From a virus (taxonomy: Duplodnaviria; Caudoviricetes): a DNA stretch of 42,066 nt. The notes beneath the pieces were generated by a model. The model saw only the letters and a program-made list of their open reading frames with translations. It was not told the DNA's origin and did no database searches. Positions within the stretch are counted from its first letter, which is position 1. Every line of letters begins with the position of its first letter. Of this stretch, positions 23,111 through 33,079 are shown piece after piece. Position numbers and translations under genes: made by a program. Location: the IMG/VR virus record IMGVR_UViG_3300043676_000035, positions 1 to 42,066 of that record; one strand, given 5' to 3'.

Positions 23111-23812
23111 TCATGCCCTCCCAAGAACGGAACGGAGCTTGCTTAGATTGACGCGATGACGCTGCGCGGTCGGCAATGCGGGCGCCCTCTGCGCTTGTGC
23201 GTCCGCCGCTTCTTGATCGTATTCCTCGCGCGTCATTTTCTTGTCATCGCTCTGCCCAGAGAGCGAACCGAAGCTCACGCCGGCGTCGTCCTTGGGTTGC
23301 ATCTGCGCCTGCTGTTGGGGCGCTAGCCCGACATTTCGGGCGATGGCCGCCAGAATATCCTCTGGAAGGCCGGCAAATCCTGCGCTGGGTTGCGTTTCTG
23401 GTGTTGCCTGGGGGGTAGGCAGGGGTCCGGGCTGCTGGCCTTGTACGGGGCTCGGCTGTGTTGCAGGTGCTCCACCTACCTCAAAGTGCATTGGGTCGGG
23501 ATTGCGCCAGTCGCCACCCCACGTCATGCCGTGCTTGGCCGCCAGTTCCCGCGCGAGGTCGGGCGGGAGGCTGCCGGCCGCGTCGCGCGGGTTGTCGGAC
23601 CAGTTCACGTCAACCGCGTTGCCGAACGCATGTCGTGATGGCGTGCTCGTGCCGGCGATGTTGCGGGGGTTGTATCCGCCTGACTGATCCCCCTTAATCG
23701 GGTATCCGCGTTCCTCCAGGTCATTCAGAAGCGCCTGGAAACGCGGCGCGTGATCGCGCGCTACCGTGAATTTGGCGCCGCCGTTCGTGACAATTTGGGC
23801 GAGGTCAACCAT
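23111..23812 (-). CDS. M15-family Zn peptidase (virion-associated murein hydrolase) with disordered tail
   Basis: GGYNPR.IAG....SRHAFG.AVDVN...WGGDW...DPMHFE. Confidence 0.88.
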   Translation of the reverse strand: MVDLAQIVTNGGAKFTVARDHAPRFQALLNDLEERGYPIKGDQSGGYNPRNIAGTSTPSRHAFGNAVDVNWSDNPRDAAGSLPPDLARELAAKHGMTWGGDWRNPDPMHFEVGGAPATQPSPVQGQQPGPLPTPQATPETQPSAGFAGLPEDILAAIARNVGLAPQQQAQMQPKDDAGVSFGSLSGQSDDKKMTREEYDQEAADAQAQRAPALPTAQRHRVNLSKLRSVLGRA

Positions 23813-25356
23813 TAGTCCGCCCTCTCGAATTGATCCCATGGGGATCGCTTGGGTATGGTCGTCACCCCCGGAGCGCTCAAGTCGGCCTCGATACTGTCAG
23901 CGGCGCCTCCTATGCGCTCACGCAAGGCGCGCGCCATTGAGATCAGTCGATCATCCGACGACGGAGCCAGCTCGGGGCGGGCGAAGCGGCCGGGGTTGCC
24001 GGCTGGCTCGTCACCTTGTCCACTCGGCGGAACCGGGACGCCGCCCGACAGGAGTTTGAGCTGGCGTGGGTCTTGAATTGGCCCCGCCGCCTCTGGTGTC
24101 GGTTTGGCCTCAAGAGGCGGCAGCTCGTATGTGCCGCGCGGGGCTTTGTCGGGGCTCACGAGCCCCCCGCTACGCCATTTCACCCAGCCGCGAAACGCTT
24201 CCGGGTCCGCATATGGCTCGCCAGCCTGGTTCACCAGGGCGCGGTCATCAATGCGCGAACGGCGCGGGCCGGACGCCATGTTTGGATCGGTGCCTAGGTC
24301 AACGCGGCTGCCCGGCTCGCTTCCGCGCAGGGGCCGGCCTATGTGGTCATCCTCGGGCACGCGAACCATGGGCGTATCGTCGCCGGGTGCGCCGAGCATG
24401 CCAGAACGGGGCGGATTGCCGGGCGGATGCCCCACGACATAAGAGCTATCCGCCTCGTGCTGCGCGGGCTTGACCCGGATGTTCTCCCAGCCGTTTTCCC
24501 GCATGATTTGGGCAACATCGTCAGCGGAGAGCTTGCCGGTGGAGCTGCTGCCGCGCCCACCCATGGCGCCCAGCTCGAAGTCACCGCCGCCTTGCATCTT
24601 TTGGCGGGCGCGCATTGCATCCCGTCGCGCAACCTCTGTGCCCTCATCAAGGATAGGGGCGAAGCGCTCGTTAAGGGCGTTCGCTATCTCTTGGTCCGTC
24701 TTGCCGGCCTGCGCGAGCGCCCGCACTAGCTTCTGCGCGTCCTGCCGCTGCAGAATCTTGCCGCCGGCAACGCCAAGCTCGGTACCGCCATCCGGCGCGG
24801 GCTTCGACGCCTCGGCTGCGCCCGTTCCCTCGTTCACGCCGCCCCATGTCTTGGCGCGGCTAACCATGGTTCCTATTGCCTGATCGCTGCCGGGGTATTC
24901 AGTCCCGGTATGGTCGCGGTAGAACTCGCGGAAATTCTCGACGATCTTTTGAGTCTTGACGCCTCGCGCAGTCTCGCCGGCAAATTGCTTGTCCAGCTCC
25001 ACAAGTTTGCGCACGAGCGTCGGGGTCCAGGTAGCTTTGCCGCCCGCCGCCCCAAGTTCGGCTGCCATTGTCCCGCCCGCCGCCCGCGCGAACCCCGGCG
25101 AGAGCATGCCCGGCCCGAGCGCAAAGGCATCTGCCCCTATGTCAGCGTCTCCTCGAGATGACGGCAGGCTCGGGTCGTTCTCCCACCGCTTGATGCGTCC
25201 ATAAATATCGGTTGCCGCATCTGCGATGGCGCCCGGTGCAGCCTGCACAGCCCGCGCAACATCCATCAGCTTCGCGGGGCTGAGCGCAAGCCGGCCTAAG
25301 CCCGCGCGCATGGGGTCCGGCTCGGCTTTCTCGAATTGGTCCCAGCGGTCGGCCAT
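23812..25356 (-). CDS. Modular internal virion/ejection protein
   Basis: 514 aa, last of the ejection cluster; repeated ELGxxGG linkers; WDQFE at both termini. Confidence 0.7.
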   Translation of the reverse strand: MADRWDQFEKAEPDPMRAGLGRLALSPAKLMDVARAVQAAPGAIADAATDIYGRIKRWENDPSLPSSRGDADIGADAFALGPGMLSPGFARAAGGTMAAELGAAGGKATWTPTLVRKLVELDKQFAGETARGVKTQKIVENFREFYRDHTGTEYPGSDQAIGTMVSRAKTWGGVNEGTGAAEASKPAPDGGTELGVAGGKILQRQDAQKLVRALAQAGKTDQEIANALNERFAPILDEGTEVARRDAMRARQKMQGGGDFELGAMGGRGSSSTGKLSADDVAQIMRENGWENIRVKPAQHEADSSYVVGHPPGNPPRSGMLGAPGDDTPMVRVPEDDHIGRPLRGSEPGSRVDLGTDPNMASGPRRSRIDDRALVNQAGEPYADPEAFRGWVKWRSGGLVSPDKAPRGTYELPPLEAKPTPEAAGPIQDPRQLKLLSGGVPVPPSGQGDEPAGNPGRFARPELAPSSDDRLISMARALRERIGGAADSIEADLSAPGVTTIPKRSPWDQFERAD

Positions 25357-27254
25357 TATCGGACCCTCTCGACGCCGTGGGGGTCAACGAAGCGGGTGCC
25401 CTTGGGGAGCTTTAGGGCTTGCTCGAATGTCTGCGGCCTCTTAGGCGGTGCCCCGTTCTCCTGCTCTATGGCGACGGGCCGCCCGATGCTTGACAACTTT
25501 TCATCCGCGCGCCGCAGGGCGCTCAGGATGTTGGGATTGCTTGCGGCAAGCTTTATTCCCCTTCGCATGACGGATGGGTCGCGCGAGGCCAGGAGCTGGG
25601 CAACATGGTTCGCCACCCGCGTATCAATCGCAGCTCCAGCCTTATTCGCACCGTACTTGGTGATGACGGCGGCGATCCACCCGGCCGGGTTCGTGAGGCT
25701 GAAACCTCCGACCAATGACCCTACGCCGCCCGCGAGCCCCAGCTCCATGAGCTGTCGGGCCGTCGTGGAGTTTCCGCTTACGGCGCCCCGCGCTAGGTCC
25801 ATCAGCCTTTCATGGTGCAGGAAAGTTTCAACCTGCTGCGCGCGCATAGGTCCTAGCGCTACCTCCATCCGCTCGCGAGCCGCTGGCGAGCCCGCGATGG
25901 TGCTAGCGAGGTTTCTGCGGTCTCCAACTTCGTTGGCGTGCTCAATGAGGCGTTCTGTGTACCCTTGCCGGAATAGCTGGCGCTCTTGCTTCGTCATTTG
26001 CGCGATAGCCTTCTCGGCCTCCTGCGCCCCCACGCGAGACGTGACGTAATTGGCCCCCGCCTCCAGGGCATCATTCGCGCGGAAAATACCGTGAGCCACG
26101 CCGCGCGCCTGCGCGTAGCTCGGCACGGCCTCGTCAAGAGCCGAGACAAGGCGATCAGTTATGCCCGCTACGTCTCCCGCTTCGGCGTTTCGGCCGGCCC
26201 TACTGAGTGCGCCGTGGCTATCGTTCAGGTTGCGTTTAACGATGTCCCAGAACTCCAGGGTAGGCCCCTCGGTCCCGTACGGGTCCGTGACAGTGCGGCC
26301 CGCCGTCCTGCGGTTTGCGAATGTTTTGGTTGCGTCGCGAACAGCCTCCTGCACCGCAGGGGACTGCGTAAGCTCATCTAGCGCGGGACTATTGATGCCG
26401 TTTGCGCCCGCGCGAAACGCGGCATCGTAGAACGGTTTACGCGCCGTGCGCGCCATCTCCTCAAGAGCCGCGCGAGACTCCCCCGCCGTAGGGCCGCCAG
26501 ACACATCGCGTAGAAATTCTTCAAGCCTGGGCGCCTGCGCCTCGAAGCGCGGCTGAATTACGCTTTGCAGCGTGTCCCTTGCCTCTGGAGACGTATTGGC
26601 CGCCGAGCGCGCAAGGGCTCGGCCCCTTTCTCCCATGATATCCATTAGGCGGGTCTCGCCGCCGAAAGATGCGTCGCCGCCTGGTGCCGCCATCCTTTCT
26701 TGCAGCTGGCTTGCGGCCATGTGTTGCAGGTTCTCAGGGGGAATATTGGCTCCCTCGCCGGCCATGGTTGACCTGTATGATTCCGCCACGCGGCGGGCAG
26801 CCTCACCCTCTGGGTTCACCGCGCCGCGAACGGCGTTCCTGACGGGAGCCGCGACGGCCTTGCCAGCGTTCAGCGCTGTTTCCAGCGCAACGGGGCGCGG
26901 CAGCGCTGGTGCGCCGGGGCCAACCGATCCGAGAGCAAGAACGTCTTGCGGCGATACATTCTGAGGCCCGGCCTTGGCGCGCTCCGAGGCCCGGAACACA
27001 TCGTTGATCATATTGAGAACGCTCGGGCTGCCTGATGCGGCAGCCTCGGGGTTTGGTGGCGCGGGCGCTTTGTTTTGCGGGAGCTGCCAGTCGCGCGGAT
27101 CATCCGACAGAAATGCGCCCTTGAGATTGGTTGGCGCGGCGGGCTCCTGCGCAGGCGACTGGCGGGCGCCGCCGAGCGCCGCCGTTGCAGCCTCCACCGT
27201 CGGCGCCTCGATCTCGTATGTCTTGCCGTTTGCTTCGATCTCAAACGTAGCCAT
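25356..27254 (-). CDS. DNA ejection protein
   Basis: MATFEIEANGKTYEIEAP N-terminus, Ala-rich helical body, LPKGTRFVDP.G C-terminus. Confidence 0.75.
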   Translation of the reverse strand: MATFEIEANGKTYEIEAPTVEAATAALGGARQSPAQEPAAPTNLKGAFLSDDPRDWQLPQNKAPAPPNPEAAASGSPSVLNMINDVFRASERAKAGPQNVSPQDVLALGSVGPGAPALPRPVALETALNAGKAVAAPVRNAVRGAVNPEGEAARRVAESYRSTMAGEGANIPPENLQHMAASQLQERMAAPGGDASFGGETRLMDIMGERGRALARSAANTSPEARDTLQSVIQPRFEAQAPRLEEFLRDVSGGPTAGESRAALEEMARTARKPFYDAAFRAGANGINSPALDELTQSPAVQEAVRDATKTFANRRTAGRTVTDPYGTEGPTLEFWDIVKRNLNDSHGALSRAGRNAEAGDVAGITDRLVSALDEAVPSYAQARGVAHGIFRANDALEAGANYVTSRVGAQEAEKAIAQMTKQERQLFRQGYTERLIEHANEVGDRRNLASTIAGSPAARERMEVALGPMRAQQVETFLHHERLMDLARGAVSGNSTTARQLMELGLAGGVGSLVGGFSLTNPAGWIAAVITKYGANKAGAAIDTRVANHVAQLLASRDPSVMRRGIKLAASNPNILSALRRADEKLSSIGRPVAIEQENGAPPKRPQTFEQALKLPKGTRFVDPHGVERVR

Positions 27255-28582
27255 CAGGGTCTCTCCCTGATGCGGACGCCGCCGCCAAGATCGGTCCACC
27301 CGTCATTCGCGCCGCCACGCCCCTGCGGCGTCATGCGAGTGTCGGCCTCTCCATATGCGCGACGATAAGCGGCAACGGCGCGCTGCTTGGCGCCTTCGGC
27401 CTCGTCGATGTATTTCTGCAGCCTGTCCTTAGCATCCTCAACAGACTGCGCACCATCAAGCGCTGCGGCGGAATTTTCGAGCCTCTGGCCTTCTTGATTG
27501 GAAACGTTGCCGAGCGCGCCGCCCGTCTTGCTTGCGTCACGCATGGCCTGCAAAGCCTGGAACCCGGCCCGTGCGCGGAATTGCTTTAGCGCGGCCTCCG
27601 CAGAAGCGCCCCCTTGTCCGGGGACGTTAGGCAGCTTGCCCATAATCCCGAAATTGCTCCCGAGCCCGCCGTGCGCAATAAGCGCTCTCGCGTCCGCCTG
27701 GGCTTGGCTGATATTCGCGATTGTGGACTCAAGGGCCGTCTTGTCGGTACGCTGCGTCTGTTGGAATTTCTCATCGGCCGGGCCGCCCGGAATAGGAACG
27801 GTCCCCTGCGTCGGATCGCTCGGCTCTTTCCACTGGTAGCCAGGCGGCGGCTTAGGTGTGTTCTGAAATACCGGCTTGCCGTTCTTCACGAGGGCCGCAC
27901 CAGGCGCAACAACCTTTTCCGGGTCAGCCCCGGTCGCAACCTCGATGGCCGGCGCGGTCGGAGATGCGCCCGGCATGAACCGCTTTTCATCTGCCTTCAA
28001 ATTAAAGCCCTTGGGCGCGAAGATCGACAGCAGCGCAGCCTGTAGCGAGGCCGGGTTACGCGTGATCGCCTTTGCTTCCTCTGGCGAATTGGCAATCCCG
28101 CGCTCCATAAGTGTCTTGATCGTTAGGTTTTCCGTCTGGCGAGCCTTATCTTGCTCGCGCATCGTCTTTAGGCCGCCCTCGCCGCTTAGGCCGCTCAGGA
28201 ACGCCATTACCTTGTCACCGATTGGCAAGCCTTCCTCGTTAGTCGGGAACGCCACCGATGGCGCAGGCTGCCTTGGTGCAGCGGCCGGCGCCGCTGTGGC
28301 GGGCGGGGCAGGCGGGGCGTAGGGAACGCCCGCACCTGTGATCTTTGGCGGGACGGCGCCGTCAGGGATAGGCGGCAACGAGCCGGCCGATGGAGCGAGG
28401 CTGCCGAACGAAGGGGCCGCCACAGACGATCCCAACACGTTCGCATCGCCAGCCGTGCCCGCCACGGCGCCGCCGCCCTGTTGCCTTGCCAACAGAGCCT
28501 TTAGCTGCTCAATGGGGTCTTGCAGGTCGGGCGAGCCCGGAGAGAGCTGGCCGGATTGCAGGAGGTCGATCAGGGATGCCAT
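27254..28582 (-). CDS. DNA ejection protein
   Basis: PPPGYQW...PIPGGPAD and GALGNVSN.EG motifs; position. Confidence 0.75.
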   Translation of the reverse strand: MASLIDLLQSGQLSPGSPDLQDPIEQLKALLARQQGGGAVAGTAGDANVLGSSVAAPSFGSLAPSAGSLPPIPDGAVPPKITGAGVPYAPPAPPATAAPAAAPRQPAPSVAFPTNEEGLPIGDKVMAFLSGLSGEGGLKTMREQDKARQTENLTIKTLMERGIANSPEEAKAITRNPASLQAALLSIFAPKGFNLKADEKRFMPGASPTAPAIEVATGADPEKVVAPGAALVKNGKPVFQNTPKPPPGYQWKEPSDPTQGTVPIPGGPADEKFQQTQRTDKTALESTIANISQAQADARALIAHGGLGSNFGIMGKLPNVPGQGGASAEAALKQFRARAGFQALQAMRDASKTGGALGNVSNQEGQRLENSAAALDGAQSVEDAKDRLQKYIDEAEGAKQRAVAAYRRAYGEADTRMTPQGRGGANDGWTDLGGGVRIRERP

Positions 28583-28585
28583 GGC

Positions 28586-29431
28586 TTATAGCTTCCCCCC
28601 GATGCCGCCGCCTACGGAAGACGACTGATTGTTGGTCTTGGTGTAGGATGTGCCCGACGACTGGCCGCCCAGCTGCGCGCCGCCGTATAGAAGCTCGGCA
28701 AGCCAACTCATATCGCCCTGCGCGATTTTCTTTTTCATGTCCTCTAGGGTCAGGATTTGGTTGTCCTGACGATCTCGGGCCGCGAGCGCCGCGTTGCCGG
28801 TATCAATGCCGGCCCCGCGAAGCGCCGCCGCTTGTTTGTCCAGGTCGGCCGACGTTGTGGCTGCCGTTGTGTTAGCGTCAAATAGTGTGCGCGCAGCCGC
28901 ATCGCTGCGGCCCTTTTCTTTGTTGAGCTGATCCACAAGGATCGGTAGCTGCGCCTGCCCTACGCCGCGCGCCGTGGACTCCTGATTGATGCCCGACATG
29001 TCGCGGCCTGCACCCGCAAACGTGCTGTTGTTGCGCCATGCCGTTTGGTCGCCAACCGTCTGCAGCAACTTTTGCAGGTTCGGGTCGTCCATGAATCCGG
29101 TGACGTTCGTACCGTCTGCGGTAGGGCTCAGGCGCTTGTTCAGCTCATCATATCCCTGATGCACAGCAGGGGCGCCGCTCTGGGATGCGAATAGGTCGCT
29201 CGTGAGCTTATTGATATCGCCCGTCCACGGATTGGCGCCGTTGGTTTCCAGCGAGTCAATCGCCCCGAGCTGCTTATCGTTTGGGCCGGTTGACTCGCCG
29301 GCCGTCCCCAGCTTCCCAAGGAATGTCTTGAGATATGGAATGGTCTCATCCCACGGGTCCGTCTGGCTCGCTTGATTGGTCGTGCTGGAACCCTTGCCAC
29401 TCGTGGTCTTGCCGCTTAGCGAAAAGCTCAT
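28586..29431 (-). CDS. DNA ejection/pilot protein
   Basis: S/T/G-rich termini, T..DPW motif; position. Confidence 0.7.
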   Translation of the reverse strand: MSFSLSGKTTSGKGSSTTNQASQTDPWDETIPYLKTFLGKLGTAGESTGPNDKQLGAIDSLETNGANPWTGDINKLTSDLFASQSGAPAVHQGYDELNKRLSPTADGTNVTGFMDDPNLQKLLQTVGDQTAWRNNSTFAGAGRDMSGINQESTARGVGQAQLPILVDQLNKEKGRSDAAARTLFDANTTAATTSADLDKQAAALRGAGIDTGNAALAARDRQDNQILTLEDMKKKIAQGDMSWLAELLYGGAQLGGQSSGTSYTKTNNQSSSVGGGIGGKL

Positions 29432-29883
29432 GATACGGCCCTCTCAAAGATCGGGACGCCTGCACTGTGCTCGCCAATGACACGGAAGTCTTTGAGCACC
29501 CGGCCCCATCCCACCTTGCCTGCGAAGCGAATGCTCTTGCATCTCTCTTTGCGGGCAAACTTATCCATGCCGTCATTGACGACGTTCGCCCATCGCCACA
29601 TCTGGCGACCGACCAAGGCGTGCACGTTCACCCACCGCGCCCCCGCGGCTTCCTCGTTGATGTCCGTGAGAAACACCGCCATAACCTGAGCCGGCGCATG
29701 CTCGGTAACGACCCAGACTTGCAGGGTGCCCGCCGCAATGCGCTCTGGTGTATCCGGGTCCAACATTTCGGACGCCGCAGATAGCCCGCGGCGCATCAGG
29801 TCTTCACAATGCGGCCACGCCCTCGCGAACATATCGGGGGGTATCCGCCACAGATTTAGCCCGCCGTCAGCCTCGGCATTCAT
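29428..29883 (-). CDS. GNAT-like fold virion assembly protein
   Basis: LQVWVV...V.AL.G..M..W......FARKE.CK.I.F.G..GW.RVL. Confidence 0.7.
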   Translation of the reverse strand: MNAEADGGLNLWRIPPDMFARAWPHCEDLMRRGLSAASEMLDPDTPERIAAGTLQVWVVTEHAPAQVMAVFLTDINEEAAGARWVNVHALVGRQMWRWANVVNDGMDKFARKERCKSIRFAGKVGWGRVLKDFRVIGEHSAGVPIFERAVS

Positions 29884-30175
29884 ATCCGAAGGTCCTGTCT
29901 GTGCTCACCGCATTTGCATGCACGATTGTGAACGCACCTTGCACAACGGACGCAACGGGAATGTACGTGGTAGCGAGCGCGCCGGCCGCGTTGAGCGTTC
30001 GCGGAGCGAGAAACACGCGAGCGCCCGCGCCGCAGTTGTCGGCCTCAACCACGGTCGTCGTATGACCGTCGCGCAAGGTAACCTCGCCAACCGCTAGGGA
30101 GCGTCCCTGCCACAGCTCGCGGATGGATTGGACGATCTTACGGAGATCATTTTCGCCGGAGTGGAGATAGCTCAT
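29867..30175 (-). CDS. Small tail structural protein
   Basis: 102 aa beta-rich, G.FTI.HAN. Confidence 0.65.
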   Translation of the reverse strand: MSYLHSGENDLRKIVQSIRELWQGRSLAVGEVTLRDGHTTTVVEADNCGAGARVFLAPRTLNAAGALATTYIPVASVVQGAFTIVHANAVSTDRTFGYECRG

Positions 30176-31911
30176 TAGAACAACCCCGAGCGGTTGGTGT
30201 CGGGCTCAACGCCCGTCATGAAAGTCCAATCGGTCGCCTCGGGTATGCGTATCTTGGCACGGGCGTAGCGGGTTTCCTCTAGGACAGGGCAATTGCCGTC
30301 CGAGTCCATTTCGCTTTCGTCGCCTTCCGTGTCCGTCGCGTTCAGGTTGTCGCGCTTGATGACGGAGCAGAACACGCTGTCGGCGTCCGTGATGGGCCGC
30401 AGCCCGTTGATGTCGATGCGGTACCCCTCGTCAATGCTCTGCTCTGCTGTGTGCAGTTCGGCCTCAAGGATGTCCCCCGTGAAGAACCCCAGAGAATGCG
30501 TGGAATCGAACACCGAAATATTCGGCAGTGACGCCGAGCTGAGGCTGTCGAGGGAGAACGACAGAAGGTCCACCGAGGCGCACACAAGGCCGCCGCTCAC
30601 GTAGGCGTTGGCGTAGGTACTCCCTGTCAATTCGAGATGCGTGGAGTCCACCACGATCAGTGTCCAGGTTCCGTTCGCTTCGGTCGTGCCGGTCACGCCC
30701 TTAACGGTGCGTATCATGCCTGTCGTCAGAGCTGCCGTGGAGCTCACCGTTAGGCGCACGCGGCTTGACGTTCCGCTTGCCGTTCCCGTTATAACAAGAG
30801 CGCCGGCCGCTACGTTTTCGTCCAGGCTCTCCAGCGTCACGCCGGGCCGCACGACAGGAGCCAGGTATTCCCCGGACAGCTCGACAGGAGACCAGCGCTT
30901 GATCGTTGTGTGATAGGCGAGCCCCTTGTCCATGAGACCAGTTGCGCCGCCTATAGACTTGTAACCCCATAGGATGGTGCTGCTTGCGGGGTCAGCCGCT
31001 CCGACGATAAGCCCCACCGCCGTGTCGTCATAGGCCAGCGCGAGCACATCGGCGGGCGCGCTCGCGGCATGCTTGCCGAGGAACGTGCGGTCTACGCGCT
31101 CCTCGCCTATGGGGATGTAACCGCCATTCGCGTCGATCTGCGCGAAACCTTTCAGGGATAGATAGTGCGCCGAGCCGGCCGAAATCACGAAGGAATGCGG
31201 CGCCAGGATACCGGGCGCGGCCTGCAATCTGTCGATCTGGAACACAAACTCAGAGCCGGGCGCAAATACCATGCGCCGCCATCCGCCCGCCTGCCCAATC
31301 AACCCCACGTCGCCCGAGACCTCCCCGACAACGTACACGCGGCCGTTGTCCGGCAAGTCCTGATAGTCGGAATTATTGACGCCGCTGCTCCATTCCGTCA
31401 CGTCATTAAGGCCCGACCAATGCACACGGAATGGGTCGTCTAAGAGATCGCAGGCAACAACGAACCGCCCGACAACAGCCACCCACCCGGCTTGTGGAGG
31501 GCTGCCCGTCAGGTCGTCGAATGCCGTATCCGAGCTGATATCGAACAGCTGCATATCGTCATTGCGCTGTGTTGCAATCAGGAAATTGTTGAACTGCGCA
31601 AACACCCAATTGGCGTCCGCGTCCAGCGCCGTGTATCCGCCGCCCTTGGACACCAGGCTCCATGCTAGGGTTGTGTTGTCGAGTAAGTAGAGATTGGTGG
31701 ACGTGCCCGCGAACAAGAATGCTGAACCGTCCTCCTTGCGCGCGACGTAGTACCCGCGACATGGGCCCGGCAGCGCGCCAGTGAACGTCTCTATGTCCTT
31801 AAACGGGCCATACCCGTCAGAGCGCGGCAGAACGTTGCGCAACAGGCGTGTGTAGTTCTTCCGAAGATCGGAAACGTCGGGCCGCCATTCGCCAAGCGGG
31901 AGAACTGCCAT
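30175..31911 (-). CDS. Tail nozzle/stabilisation protein (P22 gp10 / tubular B-like) with FCCH-like insert
   Basis: GEW.PD start, propeller-like repeats, WSG.ND...W; follows the adaptor. Confidence 0.78.
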   Translation of the reverse strand: MAVLPLGEWRPDVSDLRKNYTRLLRNVLPRSDGYGPFKDIETFTGALPGPCRGYYVARKEDGSAFLFAGTSTNLYLLDNTTLAWSLVSKGGGYTALDADANWVFAQFNNFLIATQRNDDMQLFDISSDTAFDDLTGSPPQAGWVAVVGRFVVACDLLDDPFRVHWSGLNDVTEWSSGVNNSDYQDLPDNGRVYVVGEVSGDVGLIGQAGGWRRMVFAPGSEFVFQIDRLQAAPGILAPHSFVISAGSAHYLSLKGFAQIDANGGYIPIGEERVDRTFLGKHAASAPADVLALAYDDTAVGLIVGAADPASSTILWGYKSIGGATGLMDKGLAYHTTIKRWSPVELSGEYLAPVVRPGVTLESLDENVAAGALVITGTASGTSSRVRLTVSSTAALTTGMIRTVKGVTGTTEANGTWTLIVVDSTHLELTGSTYANAYVSGGLVCASVDLLSFSLDSLSSASLPNISVFDSTHSLGFFTGDILEAELHTAEQSIDEGYRIDINGLRPITDADSVFCSVIKRDNLNATDTEGDESEMDSDGNCPVLEETRYARAKIRIPEATDWTFMTGVEPDTNRSGLF

Positions 31912-32573
31912 CACCAGGCCGTGGGCTGCAGTGCCCACCCTCCCTGCTGTGTGAGCTCGTTCGTGGCCGACTTGAGGTCATCGAACGCTGCCTTCGTGGG
32001 GGATTTCGTCGGCTGATCCCGATCCGGGTCGAAAAGCTGCATCATTACCACGTGTTTGAGCACGTGGGCGTACAGCTCATATTTGGCGCGGCAGCGGATT
32101 AGTCGCTCGCCGTAGGTCATCCACGGATTGCTGGCCTCACCATCGGTCGCGGGTGCCGCGGCTTTCGTCACGCATGCAATGCGCACCGTGTATGCCTGGT
32201 CTGGGACGGGACAGAGGCGCAGAGCGTTGCCATACCAGCAATACGCGAGCGGCTGGTTGATCTGCGTGCCGTTCTTGCTCAGCAGCTCGATACGCTCGGG
32301 CGGCTCCGGGTGCAGTTTGTAGGGCGTGTCGCCAATGAACAGGTTGAGATAATCAAATTTGATGATGTTGCCCAAATCGGCATCGTCGCTCGACGTGTAG
32401 AACTCCTGATCGGCAATGGTCGTGAGCGTGAAAGCGCGCGTCTCGTTGAAGTGAAAGCGGTCCTTTTGATACGCCTCGATAGCTGTCGTGATCGCAGACG
32501 CAATGGCGCCCGTGACATTCGAGCGGCGGATTTCCGAGGCAATCCGCGCTTTCATGATCGTCTGCGTGGTCAC
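31911..32573 (-). CDS. Head-tail adaptor (tubular A-like)
   Basis: Helical N-terminus, P..Y..Y....RL.PVPD.AY motif. Confidence 0.78.
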   Translation of the reverse strand: MTTQTIMKARIASEIRRSNVTGAIASAITTAIEAYQKDRFHFNETRAFTLTTIADQEFYTSSDDADLGNIIKFDYLNLFIGDTPYKLHPEPPERIELLSKNGTQINQPLAYCWYGNALRLCPVPDQAYTVRIACVTKAAAPATDGEASNPWMTYGERLIRCRAKYELYAHVLKHVVMMQLFDPDRDQPTKSPTKAAFDDLKSATNELTQQGGWALQPTAW

Positions 32574-33067
32574 CCTTCAATCTCCAGGGTAACCTCGAAT
32601 ACTTCGCCGGAGGCCGGCGTGTAGGTGGCGGCAGTCGCGGTCTCCAGAAGACCGTACAGAGCGGCAACGTTGTTGCCCTCCGACGCCACGTCAAAACCGA
32701 GGCCGCCTGTGATGGCGAAGCCCTTTTGCTTGTCGGTCGTGGTAACCTCTGCGCCCGTCGCCAAATCGCAAGCAACCGTTCCAATCCACCACTGAGCCGA
32801 GCCCACGGCATACGCGCCATTGTCGCCGTTGGTCGGAACGCCAGGATCACGCGCGTACAGGTGGAGATTGAACGTGGCCGTTGTCACGGCTTCGTTATCA
32901 GAGAACAGACGCACGCGCTGAATACGGCCGCGCCCGTTGCTTCTGTCGGTGCCCCAACGCATTGGCACGACGCTTGCGGCTGTGGCGCTATTGGCCACAA
33001 GCTCATTCTGTGCGTACTGCGTGGTATTCGCAGGACGCGCGAAGCTATAGCGCGCGCAATAGAACAT
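32570..33067 (-). CDS. Virion structural protein
   Basis: F.RPANTTQY motif, beta-rich. Confidence 0.65.
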   Translation of the reverse strand: MFYCARYSFARPANTTQYAQNELVANSATAASVVPMRWGTDRSNGRGRIQRVRLFSDNEAVTTATFNLHLYARDPGVPTNGDNGAYAVGSAQWWIGTVACDLATGAEVTTTDKQKGFAITGGLGFDVASEGNNVAALYGLLETATAATYTPASGEVFEVTLEIEG

Positions 33068-33079
33068 GGCCGCCTCCCG

